Assembly: GCA_004431415.1 (NCBI GenBank)
Contig: QPMI01000540.1
Span: forward strand, 1 to 58,689
Direction: 5' to 3'
Length of the DNA: 58,689 bases
Origin: Cyanophora paradoxa CCMP329
Lineage: Eukaryota > Plantae > Glaucophyta
Shown: piece after piece, positions 44,639 to 57,100 of the stretch
Layout of the letters: every line of letters starts with the position of its first letter
Position numbering within the stretch: the first letter of the stretch is position 1
Notes under the pieces: model-generated
Seen by the model: the letters and a program-made list of their open reading frames with translations, nothing else
Databases searched by the model: none
What the model was told of the DNA's origin: nothing
Made by a program: the position numbers and the translations under genes

Positions 44639-45295
44639 TGTACGGATCGCACCCGCTCACGTAGCGGCTGAAATCTGTACGTCGATCTTCAGAGCACCCC
44701 GCTCAGAAGGTCACCGTCAACCCCGTCGTCAACTTGTACGGATCGCACCCGCTCACGTAGCGGCTGAAATCTGTACGTCGATCTTCAGAGCACCCCGCTC
44801 AGAAGATCACCGTCAACCCCGTCGTCAACTTGTACGGATCGCACCCGCTCACGTAGCGGCTGAAATCTGTACGTCGATCTTCAGAGCACCCCGCTCAGAA
44901 GATCACCGTCAACCCCTCGTCAACTTGTACGGATCGCACCCGCTCACGTAGCGGCTGAGATCTGTGCGTCGTCGATCTTCAGAGCACCTCAGCTCAGAAG
45001 ATCATCAACCCCGTCATCTATTTTTACAGATCACACCCGCTCACGTAGCGGCTGAGATCTGTGCGTCGTCGATCTTCAGAGCACCTCAGCTCAGAAGATC
45101 ATCCACCCCGTCATCTATTTTTACAGATCACACCCGCTCACGTAGCGGCTGAGATCTGTGCGTCGTCGATCTTCAGAGCACCCCGCTCAGAAGATCATCC
45201 TCGACTTCGTCGCCGGTCTACGGAGCACCTCAGCTCTCAGGACCATCACCACCGTACATCTTACTTCAGATCACACCCGCTCACGCAGCGGCTGC
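44639..45295 (+). repeat. ~96-bp tandem repeat (~7 units) in the retroelement leader
   Basis: TGTACGGATCGCACCCGCTCACGTAGCGGCTGAAATCTG..ATCTTCAGAGCACCCCGCTCAGAAG at 44639, 44735, 44831 and 44926, then diverging copies. Confidence 0.92.
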
Positions 45296-45346
45296 GCTCC
45301 GTTCACCGACGGTCTTCGAAATCACTCAGAGACCATCAACGTCAAC

Positions 45347-48144
45347 ATGAACCGCGACGAGCATGGCGGCTCCCGCATCCGGAACCCGGTGCCGACGCAC
45401 GCGTACGGCGACTCGGCTGAGATTGCGGCGACCAACCGTGCGGAGTCCTCGCAGCTACGCGGCGGAGTCGACGCAGAGCCCCGACGCGCGTGAAGATTGC
45501 GGAGGGCTCATCGCCACCAGCCCCGGCCAGCCCTCAAACCTGAGGGCGTCATTACTCATATCAACGACGGCCGCGCCATTGCTGCATCGGACCCCAAGAA
45601 GTACTCGACCGAGAACGACGGCTCTCAGAAGAGCCTCGCCCTCCTCCTTGTTCTACTGCAAGCCCTGTCGGCAGGCCTCAGGTCCATCGTATCGACCCTT
45701 GTGCAAGGCACCGCTGTCAAGGTCAACGCCAAGGAGGCGGCCGACGAGAGATGCCAGGAGCTCGGCAAGCGCATCTTGGCCATGAGCAAGACGGAGAGGC
45801 AGAGCTTCAACGGGCAGCGGTTACTGGAACGCCTTAAGAAGGCCAACGCCGAACTTGAGAGCGCTGAAGCCGCGCTCGATCAACCCGGCACGATCAAGGG
45901 CCTCCCCTCATACATGCGATTCCTCATCAGCAAGATTAGCCCCGAGGAGAGTGAGGCCTTGGACACGCGCCTCAAGTCACCTTACGACGGCAGTCCTTTA
46001 CCCGACGCGCTGAAGGCCGTACACGACTTACTCCCATCCTCGACCCTCCTCCCAGACGGACAGAAGATGAAGCCCATCGACATTGTGAAGACGCTGGAGA
46101 GCCAGATCAACCGACGCGCTGGGCACAGTGGGGGATCTTACACCAACATGAACACCCAGGAGGGTCACAACCGTACCGTAACTTCCTGAACGCCCGCGAC
46201 AAGATACCTGAATTGAAGCGGATCGCCCTCGAACACGAACCCGAGGACGACGCTTCAGCAGACTTCAGGGAAATGAAGCTTGCTTCTTTCATGACCGACG
46301 CCTTCGCCGCTATACCACCTGGCCTCTTCGTCGAGGTCCGCTCGGCATCGACTGGGGAGGCTAAGTCTTCCAAGAAGATCTCTCGAGTCGAGCGGGAACA
46401 GCGCCGGAACAACGACGGGAGCAACGTGCACGACGGCAATCGCAGAGCTCAGACGACTCTGACGGCTCTGACTCCAGCTCGGGACATTCGAAGCGTAGGA
46501 AGAGTTCAAGCCGGGCACCCCTCGGGGCGTCCGCGGTTTACACTCATCCAAGCTCCGGACAACCGAACCCGAACTCGGCATACACGGCAGCTATACCTGC
46601 ACCGGCCAACGACAAGAAGCAGACGGGGAAACCCAATTACAATTACCCGCGCGTTGAGAAGATTACTGCAATTAAACAACGGGAAGGTTACCACCGAGCA
46701 GAGAAGCCTAAACACCGCGGTACCAACCACGACTTCTACTGCTGGCGGTGCCCTGACAATTTACCGCCGGCCGAACGCCACCATTACGCTGACGATTACC
46801 TGGAATGCCCACGGCATGACTACCGGTATAAGCTACTGGAGATGATCCAGAGCGGCGACAACAACCCAATTGTACGAATGGCGGCAGAAACCTGCAAGAT
46901 TCCCACTGGCTCAAACGGACAGACGGCGCCGACGCAGCCCACGCAAAATGCAGCGGCTAACCCGACGTCGAACCTCCAATGCTTTAACTGTCAAGGTTAC
47001 GGACATCGCCAATCGGAATGCACTCAACCCAAGAAGTGCCGACTTTGTAACTCAACTGAACACCTCCAAGCAAACTGCCCCGGAACGGCAACCGTGACGG
47101 CGGTGGCGGCGCAGGAGGCGGTAATAAGGACACCTACCCCTGGGGTCGCGGTGACCGTGGTGGCCGCGGTGGACGAGGTGGCGGACGAGGCGGCGGACGA
47201 GGCGGCGGTCGCGGCGGTGGTGGAGGACCTTCATCGCGCCCCCCCTCGGCATCACTGCCAATGACAATCCTACAACGACGACGGACGCACCAAAGACCCC
47301 GGCCACGACGCCGGCGCCTACGTGCCCGTCTGACACCACTACGCCCCTCACAACAGGTGTACCACAGACCCCGGCCACGACGCCGGCGCCCGTGGGCCCA
47401 CCTGGAACTACGGCTTCATTACACACGCCGACAGTGCCAACCACTGCAACGCAGGCCCCGGCCACGATGCCGGCGCCGACGAACCCAGTGGAGACACCAG
47501 TCTTGCAAACTGTGCCGGTACACGTCGCACAGCCAGTTCCAATGGGAGAAGTGCCAGCCCCGACCACGACGTCGGCGCCAGCACCTACCTCCACGCCTAC
47601 GGAACAGCAAATCGCAGAACTGGTGCAAGAAGCTAGAACGCGGGCTACTAAACCACACTTCCAGCCCAGACCTGTTAACGTAACACAAGCTCTATACGAC
47701 TTGCAGCGAGAAGAAGTACGAGTGTCGGCAGTGACATCGACCGTCCTCGACAAGGTCAACAGAGCACTGGCTAAAATGGCCAACCTTGGAGCGCGAGCTG
47801 CCACCCCAACCCGCCCCAAGAGCAACAAGTATACAACCAAATTTGGCTTCATTCGGGAACGTATCTCTGCAATTACACAAGCCGCGGCAATCCCAGTACG
47901 GCGGATCGAAGTCGACAAGAACGCGACAAAGACCTGCTGGAACACGGACACGTGCGCTGAACACCTCCAAGGGCCTCTGGTAAAGACGCTGCAGGACGTT
48001 ACGGCGCGGGCCGCCAACCTCGGTCTCGAGATCGCGGCAACGAAGGCGGCACTTACCAGCAAAGGGGGCAAGACCACAAACGTCTCGACGGCAAAGGCTC
48101 ATGACGGCCAGCCACCGTTGCCTCGACGGCGCAGAAGCCGGTAG
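45347..48144 (+). CDS. Gag-like polyprotein region with two CCHC zinc knuckles and RGG tract (frameshifted)
   Basis: CFNCQGYGHRQSEC and CRLCNSTEHLQANC at ~46980-47080, followed in another frame by RGGRGGGRGGGRGG, then a Pro/Thr-rich segment. Confidence 0.7.
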
Positions 48145-51100
48145 TGGAGCACGCAACACCGGTCATCTCGCCTACGGTGAACCAGATCGTGGAGCCGGCC
48201 GAATGTATCGCTGAGTACGTAGGGCCGCTCACGACGTACCTACGAGAAGTACTGGGCTACATGCACAGACGACGCCTCGCAAACCCCGTCTACTTTCGCG
48301 AAGTGCCCGGAAGTGCATGGTTCACACATGGCTTCCCTGGCTGCGACTTCCGACAGGCGTTCATCGACGCTGTCCTCTATTGCCCCAACTGAAGCACATT
48401 ACCATACTCTTCGGACACAAGGGTGCGGGACTGTGTGCGACAGCAGCGGGTGCAAGAGAGCAGGCACTGCAGAACGGCAGTACCGACGTCGATGACGTAA
48501 CGATGCTTCATCGGTACCCTATCCCTCACGAACATGTACGGCCCATCTTTCACCACGCTCTTGACTACAACGTCAACAAATTAGCTGCACCTCAACGCCA
48601 ACACCACCCGTTAGCGGAAACGGCTGGGGAGAGCGACCTTTCCACATTCCCAGACGTGGTTCAGTACGAGCCTCACGGTGACGTTGGCGGCGAGACAACT
48701 TTCATTCACGAGTGCTGTGACCGGTGCAAGCCGATAACAATCCAGCAGTCGGCAGCCGGAGCACTGGAACCGCGCGAGATTCACGGTCAGAGTCGGCAGC
48801 CTTCGAACGGACCGGCGGACCGTGCACTCCACTTGCATCTCACGACGCTTGTGGATTCACTTCGCAGCTTGGGCCAGGCCCACCAGCCAACGCAGCCGCG
48901 GGCCGACCTCAGTACATCACACTACTTAAACGCACGGCAGTGCAAGCATTCTGGAACGGCAACCCAGTTGCGGGAACTGACATGGATCGACCTTGCGTAC
49001 CGGACGCTCGACCCCTCAGTGGTGACCGTGATCACGAACACTGGGATACGTTAGCTGAACATCCAGTCCAGCAACCCCCAGACTTGACAGATCGACTTAA
49101 TTTGACGACAGCTATCCGGGCTACAATCCTCAGGCGCACAACCTCCGCTGACCTCATACTGCTCAATGAGTGGGCGAAGCGGACGGCCAATGCAATCAAC
49201 ACTGGTGCATGGCAGCAGGCCGTGAATTGGACACGGCGGGACCGACCATCCGACAACTACAACTTGGAACGAACACTTGCCCGGCCACGGCCGGCGCAGT
49301 ACCAGTTCCTACGACACGAGATATTACACCCGCCCGGCCACGGCCGGCGCGATCACCGTCCCTACTGCGCGAGACTCAGTACCTGCCCCGACCACGGCCG
49401 GCGCAGTACATGTCCCGCCTCCACCACACTCGACACCCACACCAGCAATAGCTGACGGGGTAGCCCAGCCTCCTCCGACATCACTTGAAATGCCATTGGA
49501 CCGCGGTACCCAATGGACTTCAGAACAAGTATCACTGATACGAGGATGGGCCGAATCAGTACATAATCGCACACGGCGAGAAAACGTTGATCTTTGGGAA
49601 CTCTACAACTGCAGCCCAACGGCGGCACTCACATGGATCGTCACCATGATGCCCCCCACGACATACCCACGATAGCTCAAGCAGTTCTTGACGCTTATCT
49701 GGAAACGTACCCACGGAACTCGCTCGTGCCAGAGCCGACGAACTCCTCTGTCAAATGGATGCTCGCAACTCGGAACCGGAGTCGCAACGCGAAACCTTCC
49801 ATGAGCTACATGCGAAGCCAAGCTAAATGCCTGACCACGGACGCTGTCAGCATCCTGCGGCAGCGATTCCGGGCCGGAAGCAATGGTGACTATAACATGT
49901 TTGGAGGCGATAGCTTCTTTACCAAACAGACGGTGAACAGCGTCTTTGTGAGCCCTGGCGCCCAGCAAATCTACATCCGCTGCGAGGCGGTTGGCTTTCC
50001 CGGACCATGCCCGGCAACGCCAGTCGCCCGAACGGCGCCATCACAAGGGCACGCAGCCACATGTCACCACCACTGCCAACAGCTGAACATGTTATTTTAC
50101 CGACGGCACCTTTACAACCCCGACGGACAGTTCACCAGCACTCGCGTCGAGATGACTATGAACTGTGGACGTGTGGCAAGTACCCACTCGTGTCTTATTG
50201 CAACTACCCAGACGCCGAGGTGACAGGCTTGTACCCCATCCGACGCCTGTGGGCCCGGACGGCCCCTTGGACCGGAGAGTAACAACTCGAGCCGAGGAGA
50301 CGTTCAATGCAATCATCATGGAAGCGCTCGCTTGGTGGCCCGAGAGCCAGCTCGCCTGCAAGCATGGCTATGCCAATGTTTACGACCGCTTCATCAACCT
50401 TAACATGGAGCCGTTCGACGTACGTGCGTACAGAGTCCACGCCAACACAGAATGGTCCAGCACGCGACCCAACCAGCGGTTCAACTACGGGACCCTACGC
50501 ACGGCAACTCGAACTCCAACCAGGACCGGGGACACGCGCAGCGCACCCCCGACACCGGCTCACGGCCCATTGGTCAGCCTCACGACGCAACCACAGCAGC
50601 ACTGGCCTGAGGAAGCTCGCAATCCCCCGCGGCTGTTGAAGCCAACGACGGTCATCTCGTACCAGTCTCACGAGGCCGGAGTGGTAGACAGCCGTGGCTG
50701 CACCATTCCTTACTTCGGCATCGGCGAGCACGGATCCGCCTACGAGTATTTCAATCCAATCCGAGTCACAGCCATCTTGCGCCGAATTTACGACCCGGAC
50801 GAGCAGCGGAAGTATAAGGAAGCCATGAAGATCATCCCTGAGTCATATGACTTCATTGCAGCCCAGCTGGAGACCAGTACAACCTGGCCCCCCTCATGGA
50901 CATACCCGACTGACGACGACAAGCGTAACTTTATCGATCTTATGTACGAGCGGGAACGACGCCCGAGCCGAGCGCCTCAACGACCAGCTGGAACCAAACC
51001 CGAACGGCGCCTGGATCCGTGGATCTGACGGCGAGCGTGAACACGGCGTACGACGCCGATTACGCCTTGGGTGAGGGCAAAGGTCCTTACATGGCGGCGG

Positions 51101-54100
51101 CGCTTACTGGTTACGCTCGAGCACGGGGACGCGAAGCGAACAGGACCGCCTCGAGCGCTACGCGGAAATACAAGCCACGACAAGTCCGGGTACAGACCAT
51201 CGCGAACAAGATGGAAGATACACCACCGACGTCGTCATCTGAGACCCCGGAACGGACACCTTCACCCCCGTTCAGGGCGACCTCGGCCGACCCCAAGCCC
51301 CAACTCTGGACGATCCCGGAGTGTGTCCTCAGCCCCAGCGACAGCGTGGCCCTTGTTATGGCACTACGAATCCCTCCAGTCTCATTACCGTCGCCCCGGC
51401 CACGGCCGGCGCGCCGCAAACTGAGACGAATGCTACCAACGTAACAATCAACCCGAGCCCTGCATCTCCGACCTTACGACGCCCCTGGAAGCCGCCCGGC
51501 CACGGCTGGCGTGGCTCAACCCGGCGTTATAGCTTCAGAGCAAGCGACTCCGGACATGACCATAACTGTCAGGGAGCAGACTTTGACACTGCCAACTGAC
51601 AACGAATCGACCACGACCCCCGCAACTACCGCCCCGGCCACGGCCGGCGAGGTAGACAGGTCGAACGTTGAGCCCACGGACACGCCCAGCATGACAAACC
51701 CCGCCGATCACAGCCCTACGGCAAGGCCGGATGACTTCATCGTTGAGTCCGAAAGCCCTCCAGGACCCGACTGGATTGAATGCCCAGGGGATTGCCGTCC
51801 CCGACTGTGGGCTCGCCCACACTCGCGCGCGTGGATATATGCACGTGAATACTGGCGATCCTGGAACGAGGAGGAGCCAACGGCAGAGGAAGATGGCTCG
51901 GGACCAATTCACATTTCCCGGACTTACCCTACTGTCACTGAGGATCCCAGCGTTACATCCAAGTCGGCGACATTCCCGTCCCGATTCCGGAACCTGAACC
52001 GCCACTTCCAGTCCCGCCGGAGACCGGCGCAATCGTGAGAACCACACACTTGGGCGAGGTCACTGCTGCAGTTTCACAGCGCCTCGGAGACTGTGGGTCA
52101 TACCAAGCACAATGCCCGGCTACGCAGAGGCAGCGGCTGCGGTCGACAATCCCAACCTGTTTGCAACCTATCGCAAGTACACGCCATGGAATGCAAGTAC
52201 GGACCCGTCCAAGACCGCCTCTACCTCACAACATTTCCACGCTGCCTGACGGACTCACGGAGCTGAACCCGGCTAACCGGCACGTCCTCGACAGACTCGT
52301 CACGTACGTCGATGTCGAGGAGCAATCAGCGATTTTGCTCAAACATACCGCCCATCTCCGCGCTGTCGCTTATGCGATCATGAGAATTGCGGGCACAGCC
52401 GACACTACGGATAGCTTGGAAGAGACGCTGCGTCACGCATCTGTCCTCGAGCTGCTGGGCCTTGATGCACAACAAGCAATAACCCTGACGACTTCACGGC
52501 AAGGAATATTGCCTTGGCTCTTCGACGTCATGATCTCGTATGGCCGAAGCATGCGGGCACAATTCCCTACTTACTTCGAACCGCACGGGGACTACTATGC
52601 GCCTTTCCCCACTCTCGCCGACGCGCTGACGGTCCGCATGACGGCACTGGAACGCTTAATCCTCGAGTCGCACCTGCCGCCGCCCTTCGACGACGAATTC
52701 GCGCCTTACCCCACGGCGACACCTCCAGCGCTCGATCGAGACATCGCCCTCGAGATGCGGGTGACAGCCCTGGCCAACGCAATTCACATTGCAGCGGCTG
52801 GAGCACGCATCTACTTCCACTCGAAGCCTCGGGAGTTGGAACGGCATCACTCATGGCGCAGCCCTTGGCTTCGCTGTTCGGATCCGTTCTCGCAAAGCCA
52901 AATAGGCTGCTGTGGCCGACAAGCCCAGACTTCTACTTCACAATGGGAGTCGAAATGGTGGAGTACATCACGCGCGTGCTCAACCTGCCCTTCGGAGCCA
53001 CTTCGCGAATAGCCCCAACAGCTGGCTGGCTACCGTCGACCGGTACCTTGACCGGACACAGACGCCCCGGAACAGGGGACCTTGGACGTTCCCCGGAAGC
53101 CCTTCGAGCTCCACGGTGTATTACTCGACGAGTACAAACTAGCGGTGATTGAATGTAACGAGCGACGCCTCGACTACTCCGAAGACCCGCTTTCTCCACT
53201 CTGGAGAGGTCTTCAGGCGTTCCGGACCGGTGCCGAGAACTCCGGCAACGTGTTCGTGACCCATCTCTCCGCGAGGACAGCCTTAGGGCGTGCCCGCGAG
53301 CTCGGCGACGTAGCAGCATTCCGACAGGCCCTGCGGCTCCATCTGGACCGTTACCCGGAGAGAGTACATGAGCGCGTCGGTGCTCGTAGCTACCCGAGCA
53401 GCTTCGAGCTCAGCCGCGTGGAACGGGACCTGACCTGCAACTGTCACTGGTTGAAGGCTACCCTGAGGGCCCGTACACCATCCGTATTCAACATCAGGAG
53501 GCGGTACTCCTCTCCAACCCCACGTTGTGGCACGCCACTGTTCTCGACGCATTGTATTGGGCGTTGAAGCGTAAATACAACGGGACAAATGGACGGATGC
53601 GGAGGATGGCAGGCTCAGTGCCTGGCATACGAATGACAAACCGCCTTCGACTGATCGACTCCCAGCCGAACACCCTAGTCCGGCTCTCCTCGTCCGGGCG
53701 ATCATGTTCGGGGCCGACAAGATTCTCGGAATTTTCCAGTACTGGAACAAGTCGAAGGAGAACCTACTTGCGGATCTTACACCCTGCGTACCGAACGATT
53801 ACGTGAATCCAAGCACGGCAACCATCGACATTATGCAGGCGTACAACGTCCCATTTCCCCCGATACGTCAGAGGATCACGGAGTACGGCCTCAATTGGGA
53901 CACCCGCTTCCTCCTGCGTTGGGCAGAACTGACCACGCTCCGAATCCACGATTCCATGTTCTTTACGGCCGACGACGAGACCACACTGCGGAGTCACCCC
54001 CTCATGTTCTCAGGACGGAAACGACCGCCCCGGCACCGGTGCAGCAACCACGTAGCACAACTTCAGGCTCAACTGCTAAACGCGTGGGCCTGAAAAAGGG

Positions 54101-57100
54101 CCGCAAGACAGTAATATCGGAAGACGAGGCTGGTGACGATTGGTTTTACGAAACTGTCGACCTCAGCCGGACGCCCGGCCATATTCGGTACCCGATATTA
54201 CTACAAGTTCTTCGGTGCCGACATCATCGAGAACGGCTACGTTACCGACAAGTTCGAACGCGTCGGATGGTGGGCGACCCCAGGAACGCATCCACCGCAA
54301 GCAATCATACTCAAGTGCGGGGACTCGACGACAGCGTCGATACTCAGTGGGCATTTGAGGCGGGGCACTCGGCCTCCAGCACGGGAGGGACAACACAACG
54401 ACTTCCGCTTGTTCACGCTGTCTTACCACAAGGATCTGCCGGCACTCGAACGTCTGGAGGACCCCACTATCCCCGAGGATAGTACGGTGCAACTCTACGA
54501 CGTGACACGCTCAGACACGCGCAACGAAGTATACACGATCAACAAACAGCCGCTCGCATTCCGAGGCGTCGAATTCTTTCTCAGTACTCTCAGCTCCGCG
54601 ATGGCCGAGAACATGAGATACACTCCGTGGTCTGCCGTCCTCGTGGCAGAAATGTGCAGTGCCTCACAACCTCGGTCCTCGTTCACGCGTGACTTGACGG
54701 CATTGGAGGAGTACGTGAATACGAAGCCTGAATGGGAACACCCACTGGCAGAGAGCCAAATTCAGTACTTCATGCACGGCGACACGAACATGGACAAGTT
54801 CATGCGGAAGCTTCCAGAGTTCAGACCGATCCACGCGCTTAACCAGCTTCGTTGGCGCGGAGCACTACAGGCGCTCGACGGCGTGGTACGCCATCGGCAC
54901 GCAATCGTTCCAACCCGTACCTGCACGGGTGCAGACCGTGACAGATGACGGCAATACCCGCAAGAACCGTTGCGAGATCAAGTTTACCACTTGACAATCG
55001 CTCCCGCCAATGAGCACAACCCGTTGAATGAGCTCGGTAACTACCTCACAGCGTTCCGAAGCCCACTCGAGCGGCCTCAGGGACATGAAATGGCTCCCCG
55101 CTTGGCAACGGCGGACCCCATGCTGGCACGTTCCACGAGTTCAACTCCCCGACGATACTGAGCGACACCCTGGAAGTCTTCGCCAACGGCGGCCCGCGAA
55201 TTTACACAAAGACGCGACCAGGGACACCCAGGCTGTCGTTCACGTGTTCGATGCCAACACCGTGACACTTGGCTCCAAATCGCCCGTTCGAACAGGCCAC
55301 AACGGCCCGCGGACCAGCCTGCATACTTCGACTACAATCGCATACCAATTCTGCTTGAGGAGACGATCCTACCGCGGCGTCTGGAAGACCATCGAGAGGC
55401 CTACTAGGCCGACGGAGGGTGCATTCATCCACGTTATCCCTTCAAGCCGGAAGTACATCACTGGTCCACCACTTCGCACATCACGTAGCAGCTTCAATCC
55501 GTTTGTACACGCGTTCCCGTCGAAACAGATGCCAATCCACGACGGCCTGCTGGAGATTCTCGACGAATACGTGACTTCGAATGCGAGCCTACTACACTTC
55601 CGTGTCGACGACGACGGCAACATGACCGTGTCTCAGGAACTGCAAGACTGGTACGCCCGGGATTTTGGCACGGCAACACCACCACCCGGCGCCATGTTTG
55701 CAACGGCCTTCATGGCACTACTAGTCACGGCGATTACAACGCAACTCGCGGCAGTTGTCCGCCACGGGGCCTCGCAATGCCGGGCGCGCCTCCACAACAG
55801 CCAAGGAGACATGGCAACGCTACGAAGATCGCCAGTCGCAGCATGCACACTTTCCCGCTGCCTTCGACCTCCTGTCAACGTCATCGAGATGTTTGGACAC
55901 GACGGAACCATGGTCGGCAACAGGGGCATGGACAACCTCGGCATGGGCGTGAGCCAATACACTTCAACAGGAACGAGTTCGAACGGTCCTGGCGTCATTA
56001 CGAACAGCACGTGGGTCCGGAGGTACTCCTACAGTACAATGAGATCCACGCGTCCGAGGAAGATTCGATTCCCGAATTGTTTCTCCTTGACTACGGCGCA
56101 ATACTGTCTCCGACGACCTCGTGGAGCATCGTACGCGCTGGATAACGCTGGCTTACAACGCTTCCGGCACGTCACGGGACGACCGCATCACCATGACAGC
56201 TGAACTGGCACCCCCTTGCGTACAGCGGAGGTCTCACAGAAGCCGACGGAGCAAATCCTAGCCGTTTCGGGCCCACCTCTACATCGGTGACGACGAGGAC
56301 GGAGCTCCTCCCGGACCATTTGAGGGCGTCGGGTTGTCCATCAACCCGCTGCGCGGCGCTCTACAAGTCGACCCCGATACCCGCGGACGTACCTGTACGA
56401 CCAGGCGACGGGGACGATGGAGCAGCCCAGGCTGGTACGACGGCAGAACGCGGCCGCCGCGAATCCAAGTCTAGCCGTACGAAGCCGAGGCCGAAGCGCA
56501 TGAAGGAGACAGACCTCCCGAACGACGGCGAGAAGGAGCACAAATGGGCCCTGTGGATCACACCGCGAACAATTGACGGTGCTCGGGTCGGCGGCAAGAC
56601 GCCCGTCGTGATTGACAGGGGTGACACGGCTCGGGCACTTCGCCTTTGTCGCTTCGACGTCGCACCCGAGTTCAAGCCCCGTCTGCCCAAACAGGAGTTC
56701 ACCGCGTTCGCTTCCGGCGCGTCGCCGAACACCACGGTAGCGGGCAGCGACAGCGACACCACAAGCACGACTTCTCGAACTTCGCACTAGCTCCACGCGG
56801 AAGTAAGGAGCCCTCCGCCTACCTTCTACTTCCGTGCACACTACCGTGACCTCTCCCAAACGCCTGTGGACACCTCGTACACGGAGTACAGCTGGGAACG
56901 CTTCGCGGCACACGGTCAGTCTCACGAGTCCATCCCGTACTCTGGCCAGACCTCTGGGACGAAGACGGAACGAACTTCAGGACTGAATACGATTGTATGA
57001 CTGGAGCGCATTCCGAACACCGCATCAGCTCAATGCTGAGCCCTCGTGTCATTGGCTGAGGATCTGCGAGCACGGCCGCTGACTCTCCAACTCGGCGGGA

